Both the position numbers and the translations under genes were made by a program. Positions 22,781-36,500 of a stretch of DNA of 64,000 bases are shown here, piece by piece (within the stretch, counting starts at the first letter, position 1; every line of letters starts with the position of its first letter). Source of the DNA: Octopus sinensis. Its lineage: Eukaryota. A model generated the notes under the pieces. The model was not told where the DNA came from and did not search any database. It worked only from the letters and a program-made list of their open reading frames with translations. The stretch is from the NCBI RefSeq assembly GCF_006345805.1, contig NC_043000.1:21142001-21206000 (forward strand), read 5' to 3'.

Positions 22781-22857
<77 letters not shown>

Positions 22858-22920
22858 AACACACAGTCACTCACACACACACGTACACGCACGCACACAC
22901 ACATGTATGTATGTATGTAT

Positions 22921-22969
<49 letters not shown>

Positions 22970-23187
22970 AGGACTTCTCACGGTATCAACCTACCAAATT
23001 ATTCACTCACAAAAGTATTGGCTGGCCCGGGCTCTATTAGGAAACCATTGCCGAAGCTGTGCCGCAGATTGGGACTGAACCCGAAACCACATGGTGGCGA
23101 AACGAACTTTTTAACTCCACAACACTACCTGTGCTACTCTCATCTATAAACAGATGTTGGTCAAACCGATCGAAATGTATTGTAGAA

Positions 23188-23600
23188 GTGGCGGGCTAGC
23201 AGAAACGTTAGCACGCCGGGCGAAATGCCTAGTGGTATTTCGTCTGCCGTTACGTTCTGAGTTCAAATTCCGCCGAGGTCGACTTTGCCTTTCATCCTTC
23301 CGGGGTCGATAAATTAAGTACCAGTTACGCACTGGGGTCGATCTAATCGACTTAATCCGTTTGTCTGTCCTTGTTTGTCCTCTCTGTGTTTAGCCCCTTG
23401 TGGGTAGTAAAGAAATAGGTATTTCGTCTGCCGTTAAGTTCTGAGTTCAAATTCCGCCGAGGTCGACTTCGCCTTTCATCCTTTCGGGGGTCGATAAATT
23501 AGGTACCAGTTACGCACTGGGGTCGATGTAATCGACTTAGTCCCTTTGTGTGTCCTTGTTTGTCCTCTCTATGTTTGGCCCCTTGTGATCAATAAAGAAA
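23188..23600 (+). mobile_element. SINE-C tandem dimer
   Basis: GGTATTTCGTCTGCCGTT recurs at about 23233 and 23418 (unit about 185 bp). Confidence 0.9.
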
Positions 23601-23869
23601 TATGAAGTAAATATTTGGAGATCTAACCTTGGTACAAAATCACACTTCTTGGGTGAGTTAGTCGTTAGTTGATTAAATTCGATCTCAGTGCTTGATTGAT
23701 ATTTTATTTTATCGAAGCGCGAGAGAATGAAAAGGAAACTGATCTTAATAGGAGTCGAGAAGAGGATGTTACGGGTCGTAACTAAATACCTGTAGACATT
23801 TTCCCGACGCTTTAAGCATTCTGCCAATACACTACCTTCGTAAGTGTAAATATTCCTTTCTACTATAGG

Positions 23870-24065
23870 CATGAAATTTTGGGAGAGGTGGGTGGGTGAG
23901 TCGATTACATCGACCCAAGTATGCAACTGGTGCTTATTTTATCGGCACTGAAAGGATGAAAAGTAAAGTCGACCTCGGCGGAATTTTAACTCAGAACGTA
24001 AAGACGGACGAAATGCCGCAAAATATTTGTTCGGTGTGGTAATAATTCTGCCAGCTCGCCGCCTT
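23870..24065 (-). mobile_element. SINE-C monomer
   Basis: Reverse complement starts GGCGGCGAGCTGGCAGAATT. Confidence 0.85.
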
Positions 24066-24129
24066 TGTAGTTGTAAGTATTAAAAGATGTTTCATCTATA
24101 ATGATGAAGTCGATTATCTGAAATACACA

Positions 24130-24161
<32 letters not shown>

Positions 24162-24592
24162 TACACACACACATACACACACACGCGCACACACACACAC
24201 ACACACATACACACACACATACACACACACGCGCACACACACACACACAATGTGTGTGTGTGTGTTGTCACTATGCGCATGCCTGTCTTGTATTCAGTAT
24301 CTAAAAAACGAACATCCAGAAAACTATATACATCATTATTCGCTATTTGACAGAGAATTTTGTAAAGCAGTTATTTTGAAAGACGGCGGACAAATTTCTT
24401 TCAAAACTCGACCTTCTGTCTGGAAGGAAATGGAGAAAGATAGAAAGTTGATACGGTTTAGTGTTGGCAAAAACTAGAAAAATGGAAAAAGAATGGTAGC
24501 GTAAGCTAAAGAAATATTCTAAAATACATTTGTGTGACGTCGAACTCTTTGTTTTCTTCATTGCTTCAGTATCTCTGATCACTCTCTACCTG

Positions 24593-24623
<31 letters not shown>

Positions 24624-25409
24624 TGTGTGTGTGTGTGTGTGTGTCTGAGGGAGAGAGCGAGAGAAGAGAGTGCGTGTGTGTATATACGGGAGAGATACGT
24701 TTTGGAATAGTGGAATAGAGGGAAAAGCGAATGAGAGACATTCATAACGAGAGATACATGCATAAAGACAGGGACCTGGACAGTGAAAGAAAGAGAGAGA
24801 CTCGGATAAATGATAGCCATAATGGTGGCAGCATGAAAACTGGAAAACATTTTTCATTCACATAAACAATTCGTTGCAAAACCCTCCTTCACTGAACCAT
24901 CAAATCAAACTCTACCAGCTTGAATAATGCCGAATATATTAGACAATACAAAGTAGTCTCTGATAAAAAAAAAATGAAAAAAGAAAAAATAGGATGGCCA
25001 CCGCTGGAAGGGCTTTTAACCATCGGTTTGCTCGAGCAGAACTGATCTAAGTTGTTAAATACACATCGCTTGTTTTAGGAATTCATTACATCCACTAACA
25101 TTCTGAAGATATTCAGTCGACTTGCAACGCAACTAAATCAATTCTGGTTGCATATTTTATGTCGATAAGCACACACTATCCAGGCCTATCTCATTGTTGT
25201 TCGATTTTCCTATTGTTAATGCAGTTGTTGTTGTTGTCGTCGTCGTTGTTGTTGTGAATACATCATTCATAAGGAGATGGTTGACTTGGCAACAATAACG
25301 ACATCGATAATAATAACTACGAAACTAGTAAAAGTGTACAAAATTAAAAGAATCTAAATACAGAAAATTTCAAGAAATAACTTGAATTTGAAACTCTGTT
25401 TTCAAATAT

Positions 25410-25640
25410 CACGTCACGTGACCGACCAGGCTATCAGATGTTGCTACACATCGCTGGTCACAATGCGCTTCGCATTGTTTTAGCCTTCAAATGACGCCAC
25501 CCTGCTGGCTAAGCGAGCAGGCCAACAGAAGAAAGAATGAGAGAAAGCTGTGGTGAAAGAGTACAGTAGGGATCGCCACCACCCCCTGCCGGAGCCTCGT
25601 GGAGCTTTAGGTGTTTTCGCTGGGCCATTGCGCCTCCACG
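25410..25640 (-). mobile_element. SINE-B with internal deletion and tail type iv
   Basis: Head/body match to SINE-B, then the distinct tail GTTGGCCTGCTCGCTTAGCCAGC..GGTCGGTCACGTGAC. Confidence 0.75.
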
Positions 25641-25821
25641 TTTTCAAATATAGAAACCCTTAAATGCGGCAATACATAAATAGCAGCAATAGCTGATGTA
25701 TAGCTTTATAGGCTTATGTTCTACAGGCATTAAAAACGGTACTACGCGAACAGAAGTCTCTGTTTAATAACGTAACTCTGGAAACTCATTTATCAAGGCT
25801 TGGCACCCGTGACGTCGCAGC

Positions 25822-26140
25822 TCATTTATTAACGTGCAAGTGGCTGAGCACTCCACAGACACGTGTACCCTTAACGTAGTTCTCGGGGAAATTCAGCGTG
25901 ACACAGAGTGTGACAAGGCTGGCCCTTTGAAATACAGGTACAACAGAAACAGGAAGAAAGAGTGAGAGAAAGTTGTTGTGAAAGAGTACAGCAGGGTTCA
26001 CCACCACCCCTGCCGGAGCTTCGTGGAGCTTTAGGTGTTTTCGCTCAATAACACTCACGATGCCCGGTCTGGGAATCGAAACCGCGATCCTACGACCGCG
26101 AGTCCGCTGCCCTAACCACTGGGCCATTACGCCTCCACTA
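25822..26140 (-). mobile_element. SINE-B, tail type i, 3'-truncated
   Basis: High similarity to 20480-20795. Confidence 0.9.
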
Positions 26141-27364
26141 CAACAAGCATACAGTGTTTCGCTACCGCAGTGGTTCATAACATTATGTAGCGCCTCTTAT
26201 CACGGAGTGGTATTTTACAAATGCTTTCATGTTTTGTCGAAAATGAAGCAGATCATTATCATCAGCTAATTTTGCGCGTTTATTTATCATCCCTATGTTC
26301 TTGTAGTATCCACTGTAGTTGCTGTCCCTTTTAGATATTTACATGGATTAGGATTAACGACTTCTGTGTAAATTTGTTATGGAAATTACTAAAGAAAGCG
26401 AGAACTTATGGAACGAAATTATGTCGAACCGCGACACATTGTCACTCATGACTCATCACTCATATTTTCTGCTCACTCATAACACAATGTCCAACTCATA
26501 GTCTAATCCTCATAAAGATTTCTTTTGTTCTTTCGTTCATTAGTAATTGTTTTCTTTTTTCTTAAGCCCCATAACTCATAAAGCCTGTTTCCATGGTACA
26601 CAAACGACCGACATCTCAACGTTGCCTCTGAACGGGACACTGGTCCGTTACAGGACTAGTGTCCCGTTCAATGCCAACATTTTTTGAGAGGCGAGGACAA
26701 GGCAATAACACTGACTACAGTATTTGACTTGTACTTGATTTTATCGAACGCGAAGTTGACTTCAATTGGATTTGAAACGGGAAGTCAAAGAGTAGGAATA
26801 AACGCTGCTAAACAGTGATTGGCATTATTCTTGATAAATTCTTGATTTAAAAAATTGCTGATAAAAATAATGCATTTTTATAATTTGCCCACAATTTCTA
26901 ACGCTCCTTTCTCGTTTTCATTTATTTTTTTATATATATTTTTGATGTAATAGTATTTGAAAGAATTCCGCCGATGGAAATCTGATAGCGCTCACTCTAA
27001 AATCTATGATAACGTTGATCGCTGCTATAGGAATCTTCCGCCTCAGTGTGTATTCTGTTCTTGTGTACACTAAATCTCATCTTGGCTAAAGCACGCAAAT
27101 GATCGTTAACGCATCAAGTATGAAGACTACAGTATGTAAATAGACACGTTAGGACTCGACATGTTATTTTATTGTGACTTTTATATCAGTCCTCCAAAAA
27201 TCACAAAAAGACATTGGGTCCATTAAAATGAAATACAACGCCAAATCTTTCGCATAAAGGAGGAAATGATTATAATAAAAGTGATATATTTACAATAATC
27301 TATGTGCCTTCCAAAATGATTGTCCAAAGAAGAGCATTATCGACGTTGGCAATCCGGATATCGT

Positions 27365-27426
<62 letters not shown>

Positions 27427-27519
27427 TGTGTGTCTGTGTGTGTCTGTGTCTGTGTCTGTGTGTGTGTCTGTGTGTGTGTCTGTGAACAACATAGCGATTT
27501 AAAAAGCGTTGATGATATG

Positions 27520-29560
27520 AAAAATACAGATGATCTTCATTGTAAGAACCGTTTTTTAGACATGAACCAGAAATATAGGGACACGAGATGGACTCCCATC
27601 ACGAAAAACTAAAAAATAATCAAAAACACATTAACCATTTAACTAATAGATATACTTATCCAGGGATTAAAGTTCACACGAACCCCTCAAAAATCAAATA
27701 CGTCCGAAATTGAAAATGGCATTGCAGAATTCTGTAGAAAACTTAGATTAGCGAAAATGATTTTTGAGAGGGATAATGAAGGTGAAATTCTAATTAAAAT
27801 CAAACAAAAGCGAATTCTACACTAAAAGAGGAATAAATGAAGCTTTTGGTAAATTCTGTCAACATATTTTAAACTTTCATATATAAAAAGGAAAACAAAA
27901 TAATTTCTAACTTTGGTTGACAACAATGAGCCTACATAACAGATTAAAAAATTTAACAAAGATATTAAGGAAGCTGACAATGCAGGTTATTGGCTACGTC
28001 CATATAACTTTTAGTCGATAAAGAATCTGATTACTTTACAAGATTCAAATATCGAACATCTATGGCTCCTTTGAAATACATATGAATTGGCTAATTAATG
28101 AAACATATTAAAGAGCAAAGAAAAATTGTGTGAACATCCCAAATTATCAAATTAAAAACTAGGATGTATGCAGCATGCGAAACTCATCATTTAAGGAATT
28201 TCAAGAAATCTTGTTCCTCAAGCATATATGTGAGCTTCACACGAGATGATTTTGATCCGCTCAACCATCTACTTAATCCTATAAACAAAAATACCTATAT
28301 TGGCACATTTGATGTTGTGAACATAGCAACATATTCCACACAAATATTGAATCGAAGCTACAGAATATTGACTAGATTTATTTTCTTATCGAAAACCAGA
28401 ACACATAGATAGAAAATTTATTGAAGATAGTCTACCACTCATTTTAGAAAGCAGCTTCTTCATATTCGGCAACACAGCCTAATCAACAACTGTCAGGAAC
28501 AGATATGAGAACGACAGTTGCTCCAACGTATACCAACTTAGATATGGAGTAACATGAACTGAAAATCTATGAAAATTCCTGACAAATGTTTAAAGATGAA
28601 TTCAGCTGCTTTTTGAAAGAAAACTGAAAGAGGTTTGCAGACGATTATTTCACTTTATGGAGGAGAAAATACTGACAGACTGAAGCAAATCCCAAATCTT
28701 ATTAACAAAATAAACTCTCACATTCAGTTTTCTACATAGTTTAACAACGATGAAATATATCTTAAACTCACCGATTCACGATAATACCTCCCTTTCACAT
28801 CATATCACTCCAAACACAGCCAAAGTAAGATTCTATTTAACTTAGGAAAATGAATCTTTATTTTGAAACCAATGAAATAAGACACCAAGGACTAGACGAA
28901 ATGAAAAAAATACTTATTACAAAAAATACCCTCTCGAGTCGATTTACTTTGTAATTCAGAAACAAATTAACATCCAAGAGCTTCGAAACAACAAAATACA
29001 TAAAAGAAAAAATATCATTCCATATATTTCAACTTAAAACCCAAAGAACTCCGAAATTTTCACCACCATGTGTATAAACTTACCAAAAAGTGAAAAACGT
29101 TTTGGAAAAACATCCAATTATAAAGAAGTAAGATAAAATTATATCACTAAAGAGGATACTGACCAATGAAAAGTTACATAGACAAACGATGGACCCCCAA
29201 AGTCAGTAAATACAACCGACCAAACTATGATGTAGTTACCTGTTAGAATGCTCCAAATTCCACTTCAAAGAGGGTCTTACTTTCAAAATCAAAACCAATT
29301 TCTCTTGTAATACGGACAACCTACTATACATTATAACAAATAAACGTTGCCTAGAATATTACATTGGACAGTGATATACAGTCGTTCAGAAAAGAACGAC
29401 GGTATATCGCCAACAGATCAGGGAACTGCATACAAGAAAAAATGAAGTGAGTGAAAATATAGAAAATTGTGAGGATTGGTCATACCAAACAATTCGGTCG
29501 TTTCTTTTTATCAGTGTAACCACTCAACGATAAACTTAATGCATTATGCTTTAATTAATT
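27520..29560 (+). mobile_element. Decayed Penelope-like element (RT plus GIY-YIG)
   Basis: SGTDMRTTVAPTYTNLDM (about 28493) resembles GTAMGTxxAPxYANLxM; RFADDYF (about 28631) resembles RYIDDIF; NLLYIITNKRCLEYYIGQ (about 29318) is GIY-YIG-like. Confidence 0.8.
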
Positions 29561-30057
29561 CATAACACTAACTATATTCCCATAAAGTTCTCCCAGTTGG
29601 TGAAATTAAGACAAACATGTTTGCCAAACACTAACGATGGTGTAATGATAACCAGTAACTGCTCTGATTGGAAAGAGACTGAAATTTATTTGTTAATATG
29701 TTTATTTACACTAACATTTTTCTTTTGTTTCGTTATGAATATAAGTTGGTGCACCTTCATATTTGTAGGTGCCTATATGGGTTCATGTGTGTGCGTACGT
29801 GTGTGTGTGTATGTGTGTGTATGCGTGAGTTTGTCTGTGTGTCATTGTGCTTCTGTCTGTCTCAGCACCGCTTGACAACCGGTGCTGGTTTGTTGTCTCG
29901 GTAACTTAGCAGCTCGGCAAAAATACACCGAACTTTCAAGAAAATAAGTACTGGAGTCGATTTGTTCGACTAAAATCCTTCAAAGTGGTGCTCCAGCATG
30001 ACCGCAGTTCAATAACTGAAACAAATAAAAGACAAAAGATAGCAATTTCCTCGTGTT

Positions 30058-30243
30058 AGGCGTAGGAGTGGTTGTGTGATAAGTAGCTTGCTTACCAACC
30101 ATATGGTTCCGGGTTCAGTCCCACTGCGTGGCACCTTAGGCGTCTTCTACTATAGTCTCAGGCCAACTAAAGCCTTGTAAGTGGATTTGGGTGACGGAAA
30201 CTGAAAGAAGCCCGTCATATATATGCATGTATGTGTGTGTGTT

Positions 30244-30278
<35 letters not shown>

Positions 30279-30492
30279 TTGTGTGTCTGTGTTTGTCCCC
30301 CTAACATCGCTTGACAACCGGTACTGGCGCGTTTTCGTCCCCGTAACTTAGCGGTTCGACAAAAGAGACCGCGGAATAAGTACTAGGCTTACAAAGAATA
30401 AGTCATGGGGCCGATTTGCTCGACTAAAGGTGGTGCTCCAGCATGGCCGCAGTCAGTCAAATGACTGAAAAAAGTAAAAGAGTAAAAAGAGA
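30058..30492 (+). mobile_element. SINE-A full length, preceded by a 3' half copy at 29860-30040
   Basis: Consensus match. Confidence 0.88.
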
Positions 30493-32197
30493 GTATGTTA
30501 AATATTTATAATTATTATTTTTTGGAAGGTTCAAACTCGAAGCAGATAAAGCTATAAATAACAACGTGAAAATACTGGGTTTAAAATCCCTTGGATATAA
30601 AAAGTTGAAGGCTGCACGTGACTAAAGGAAGAATGTGTGTAACGTTTGCAGATATGGGTTCGCGGCCCATAGGCAGCCTTCGACTCTTTTCAGTTCAACG
30701 GGTTTTTTGTAACTCAATATTGTTTGCTATTATTTAAAGCTGGCAGAATCGTTACCATGCCGGACAAAATGCTTAGCAACATTTCTTTCGACTCTACGTC
30801 CTGAATTAACTTCTGTCGAGGTCGACTTCGTTTTTTCATCCTTTCGGAATCTATAAAATAAAGTACCGACTGAGCATTGGTGTCAATGTAATCGACATAC
30901 TCCCTCACGTACCTATAGCAGGAAAAAATATTTAGAACTTTATCTGCTTCCAGTTTCACGTTCCAGAAAAGAATTATTTCACGTTCTCTCGAAGTTTCTA
31001 GATTCTTATGTCAACATCTATAACATTTATGCTTGATTGTTGTAAGAAAGCATGAGTGAACGGTAGACAAACATTGTGACAAGGATGTGGTATAAAACAA
31101 CACAAAACTGGTGAGCCGGCACCTGAACGACTTGGATAAGGGAAACTTATTCCGTTACTTTTATATCCTTTTTATTTTATTTATTTATTTATTTATTTAT
31201 TTATTTTGCTTTGCAATGTAATTTTAAGTTTACAGTAAATTTAAGCTAGGGTATTATTTAAACCGTTGAAGTTCTCGCAAAAGAAAGCAAAAAGAAAACG
31301 AACGAACAATTAGATGATGCTGTATAATATCGTGTTGAGCTGAAAGTCTATTTGTGCTGTAAAAATATAGAAATAAATTGAAGAATGGAATTAACTCTAT
31401 AATGGCTGCGCAAAAAAGGAGTGTCTGTGTGAGTGAGTTGGGTGGATATTGTGGTTTGGAAAAAGTAAACAGAGAAAGGAATTTAGATAAACAGTCGGTA
31501 ACAGCGGGTACATTATTAAATATCATTATGAATACGTCCAATAACTTATATATATGTATATAGATATATTTTCATTTTATAATACACACCTCTATATACT
31601 CATATGCATACATATACATATTTATATATATATATATTGTATTTTATTGTGTAGTTTTATTGTTACATCCTGTTTGTGTTCTTACCCATTTTACCCCGCT
31701 GCTTGGAATTTTATTTTAATTCTCTCGCAGGAAGGCTTAGTTAACGAGTGTCCTGTCTTGCCTTCGAAACACGCCTGAGTTAACTAGCGACAGCTGATGA
31801 CGGTGGATTTTTCCTTGTGTAGCTTGTCCTGTACTTGTTTTCTTGTTGTAAAAAAAAAAAAAATTGGGGGATTTTTCCTTGTGTAGCCTGTCCTGTACTT
31901 GTCGTTAAAATTTTGTTTTTCCCGTTTCTACGTCTTGTTGTGGCGTCCTGTACTTACGTATATTTATTTATATATGCATGTATATATACATGTACATGTA
32001 GGTACGTACATATATGTTTGTATGTATGCATATATTTTTAATTATCACATTATTGTCTGACAGCGCCCCGCGTCAGGTTCGTTTCGATTTGTCGGTTCGT
32101 TCCACTTCTTGTCTCCATTCAATTTATATATATATATATACATATATAAGCAAATAATAAATCTCTGAACGAGGTATAAACAGTAACAGCACGACAA

Positions 32198-32372
32198 TGT
32201 GAAGCATATTTGCCATCTAAATGTGGCTAACCACTAAGGGTGGATGCTACTGTAGCTTGTAGGGCACAGAAAGTGCTTCAATAGCCAACTGGAGAAGGTG
32301 TTCTCCTGGGGCTACAAACTACAGTAACATCCACCCTTAATGGTTAGCCACATTTAGATGGCAAATATACTT

Positions 32373-32376
<4 letters not shown>
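32198..32376. repeat. Hairpin/MITE-like element with about 64 bp inverted arms
   Basis: 32198-32262 (TGTGAAGCATATTTGCCATCTAAATGTGGCTAACCACTAAGGGTGGATGCTACTGTAGCTTGTAG) versus 32312-32376, about 4 mismatches. Confidence 0.9.
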
Positions 32377-32420
<44 letters not shown>

Positions 32421-32479
32421 CATATATATTATACATATATATATATACATATATACATATATATATACATATATATGTA

Positions 32480-32554
<75 letters not shown>

Positions 32555-32924
32555 CCTACGTATGTATGTATGTATTTATGTATGTTTGTATACACATGCA
32601 TGCACACACCGTATATATAGAGAGATACAGTTACAGGTAAGTGTTTTTTTATCCCCTTCCTTTTTCAGATTATAAGGAATTGTTTGGAGAATATTTGGCT
32701 GCTACTTCTAGCAAACTGACCCACGCAATCATTAGCGATTGAGCTGGCTTGCAATTCTTCCTACTAGAGTTACGAGGTCTTAAGTTGTCGTGATGAAGGT
32801 AGCTAGTCGATTACATCGACCCGAATGCTCAAAGGTACTTTTATTTCATCGACCCCGAAAGGATGAAAAGACGAAAGGCAAAATCGAGACTTTGGCAACA
32901 TTTAAACTCAGAATATGAAGAAAT

Positions 32925-33097
32925 GCGTTGGAGTGGCTGTGTGGTAAGTAGCTTGCTTATGAACCACATGGTTCCGGGTTCAGTCCCACTGCGTGGCACC
33001 GTGGGCAAGTGTCTTCTACTATAGCCTCGGGTCGACCAAAGTCTTGTGGGTGGATTTGGTAGACGGAAACTGAAAGAAAACCGTCGTATGTATGTGT

Positions 33098-33144
<47 letters not shown>

Positions 33145-33348
33145 TGTGTCTTTGTCTCCCCAACATCGCTTGACAACCGATGCTGGTGTGTTTACGTCCC
33201 CGTTACTTAGTGGTTCGGCAAAAGAGACCGATAGAATAAGTACTAGGCTTCCAAAGAATAAGACCTGGGATCGATTTGCTCGACTAAAGGCGGTGCTCCA
33301 GCATGGCCACAGTCATATGACTGAAACAAGTAAAAGAGTGAAAGAGTA
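32925..33348 (+). mobile_element. SINE-A full length
   Basis: Consensus match. Confidence 0.9.
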
Positions 33349-34759
33349 ATGTGTAAATATTGTTAAGCAATTTGCTCTTCAAGTCAATGATTCTGTCAGC
33401 TTGTCATTTAAACTGAGTTATAAAGGAATCTAATCCAACCACGATCATCTCTAATCCGTGTGTGTATGTGTGGCTATGTTTTGGATTATCTAAGACTGCA
33501 TCATCTGATGTTTCTTGCGCTTTTTCAAAACACTTAGGTTTAATTTGAGGGATACTTGAAGCTCCTTCGCTGGTTTGTGATATGAAGGAGATATATTAAA
33601 TGCGAGTTTTCCGCCGAGTACTGCTTCTACGCGATCGTTTGACCAGCTAAAAATAGTAACCAAATCTCCTTCAGATTACATCCTTACGTCTTAAAGAAAG
33701 GACACATTACTGGCAAATGTGTGGCGTTGTCATAAATGGAACGCTTTCCACAACAGGCCATCTCGTCTAGAGCTGAGCAAATTAAACAGCAATCAGAAGT
33801 CACAGGAACCCATATGAAAGCCTGAATGCAGTCGTTCAAGCTACTTGAGATAATAACAAAATGTCCCTCAAATTTTCACTGCTTCTCCCCACTCTTTTAT
33901 GAAACGGAATGGCACATTATGCAATGTAATCCAAGGTATATTATTCTCGAAATTAAGACAGGGGTTGTCAAGGATGGAAAACCTTTCATTATAGTGTACT
34001 CAAAGATAACCACAACCACAACATCAACAACAACATCGGTCCGATTTCACACTTGCTACACATTGTTGATCTTCTTTTGTATATCACCACTCGATAGAAG
34101 AATATTAAATTATATTCTTCGTTCAATCTGTGATTAATTTCAAAATAAACAAACAAACAAACAAACAAATAAATAATATTTATAAATATTACTGAGAGTA
34201 TATAATAAAAAAAATATCGATTTTTTTTATTCTACGAATTGGTTTGGTCTCACATACCAAGTTTGTCATTTTAAATCGATTCGTAATTATCCTACAAAAG
34301 CTGACATCATAGCAAAGTCTAGCCGTAGAGAAGATAATACGTCTAACAGTAATTCAACATTGTAACTGAATAATTGTGTAATTGTGAAATGGAACTTAGA
34401 GTCAGACAACATATTTTCAACAAATATAAAAATGGCTGCGTGGTAAAGTAGTTCGTTACGCAATCGTGCGATTCTGACTTTATTCTTTCATTGTGCAGCA
34501 CCGTGAGAAGGTGTTTTCTACTGTTGGCTTAGGTTGACCTATATCTTCTGAATGGAATCAGCAGACGGAAATTGTGCTGTATTCAGTTTTATTTCAAGAT
34601 TTTTTGCCAATAGAGAAAGAGCCGGTTTCTAACCTAGATCCAAAGCTCCTTCATTGGAAGTTCAACATCAACAACAGGGTATGTATATGTGCAGATTTGT
34701 ATGTTTTGTTTTATGTATATATTCTCATGCATATAGTTGCATATCTAGACATACTCATA

Positions 34760-34985
34760 TATATTTAAATGATAAACTTCTAGAAAGCTTTACAGATTTT
34801 TACAGTTCCAGTGAAGGATTGGATCTGTAGTCTTCGAATTAGCTTTCTTCTTTCTGTTTTTGAGAAACCTAAAGATTGGTATATAGGCAGTATGTTACAT
34901 ATCCCAGGGCCCCAATAATTACAGGTATAAACCTCAACTTGTAATCTGGATAGAGTAACTGCAGATAGAGTAACTGCAGTAGTTC
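34760..34985 (-). mobile_element. RLE-type LINE 3' fragment (different family)
   Basis: Minus-strand LQLLYPDYKLRFIPVIIGALGYV resembles the RLE-LINE C-terminal PxIxGALG motif. Confidence 0.7.
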
Positions 34986-35550
34986 AGCGTAGATATTCCT
35001 ATGTATGTATGTATGTATGTATGTATGTATGTATGTATGTATGTATGTATGTACGTATGTATGTGTGTATGTATGTATGTATATATATATGTATGTATTT
35101 ATGTATGTATGTATGTATGTATGTATGTATGTATGTATGTGTGTATATTTATGTGTTTGTATGAATATTTGTATTTATCTGTCTGTCTCTCTCCCTTTAT
35201 GCGTGTATGTGTGTGTGTTAAGTGTAGACCGTCGGAAGAAGACTTGATACCAGAATAGACATTAATAACATGTTTATCTTGGTCGAGTCTGTCTCTTGCC
35301 AAACTGCGTTTCGCCTGTGAGCACGCACGTTCTTCAGGCAATTCTTCAGTCATATATTGTCTGAAGACTCAGTTCACCTGTAGGCGAAACTCAGGATAGC
35401 AAGAGACTAACTAAACAAAAATAAAGAGTAAATAAATACACACACAAACAAACACTCACTCGCATGTATATATGTATGTACTATGTATGTATAAATATAT
35501 ATATATACACACATACGCATACATACATATATATACATATATATATATAT

Positions 35551-35587
<37 letters not shown>

Positions 35588-35601
35588 CGTACACGCACAC
35601 A

Positions 35602-35665
<64 letters not shown>

Positions 35666-36027
35666 TTCTGTGAGAATTAGAGGTTGGGAAGACAATCAAT
35701 TAAGGTATAGTACCTATCCAATATATTGATGGATACTGTTGGTGGTGTAGCCAATTATTCATACCCACATGCTGGTTATTGAGTACTATTTCGATACGGA
35801 ATTAATTAATCAATCAATCAATTAAGTACTTAGAAATAATCGGGTTACTATTTTTTTCGACCCCTGTGCTTATTTAAAAGTCTGATACGTATTCAAAAGG
35901 TCTTTCTGCTGAACCGTTAAGCAAGGGGACGCAAACAGACCAAGACCGGTTGCCAAGCGGAAGGTTGTGAGCGAAAAAAAGCACAAGCAGAAAGGCACAC
36001 ACTTACATACATGCATACATACATACA

Positions 36028-36058
<31 letters not shown>

Positions 36059-36179
36059 GTACATGCTTGCGTGCGTGCATGTGTGTGTGTGTGTGCGTGT
36101 GTGTGCTTGTTCTCTTTTGTTTTTAATTATTTCAATTCTTCCTCTAAGGAAGGAGCAAGTTTCTAACAAAGATACAATG

Positions 36180-36500
36180 ATACAAAGCTCCATCGTTCGA
36201 ATGTTTGTTCCTTCTCGAGCCACGCTTGGCTCATTAGGGCCGGTTTCCCGGTTTCCTTGGCGTGTAGGTTCCCCACCTGGACGGGACGCCGGTCTGTCGC
36301 AGGTGAGCTGCAAGATGCAGGAGGAAAGAGTGAGAGAAAGTTGTGGCAAAAGAGTCAGCAGAAGTTTGCCATTACCTTCTGCCGGAGCCGCGTGGAGCTC
36401 AGGTGTTTCGCTCATAAACACGCACATTGCCCGGTCTGAGATTCGAACCCGCGATCCATCGATCGCGAGTTCGCTGCTCTAACCACTAGGCCATGTGCCT
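36180..36500 (-). mobile_element. SINE-B-like head with tail type iii
   Basis: Similar head/body, then CTTGCAGCTCACCTGCGACAGACCGGCGTCCCGTCCAGG..GGCTCGAGAAGG. Confidence 0.75.

Noticed and set aside
23188-23600. Regularly spaced GGTCGA-containing repeats suggesting a CRISPR-like array
   Set aside because: The repeats are internal to tandem SINE units, spacers are not unique, there are no cas genes and the context is eukaryotic
24250-24560. Possible exon (strong minus-strand acceptor at 24420; plus-strand ORF 24250-24477)
   Set aside because: All minus frames stop quickly without a good donor, and the plus ORF has no convincing donor or homology
33826-34137. 103-aa plus-strand ORF
   Set aside because: No recognisable motif, includes an (ACA)n low-complexity run and has no matching splice acceptor
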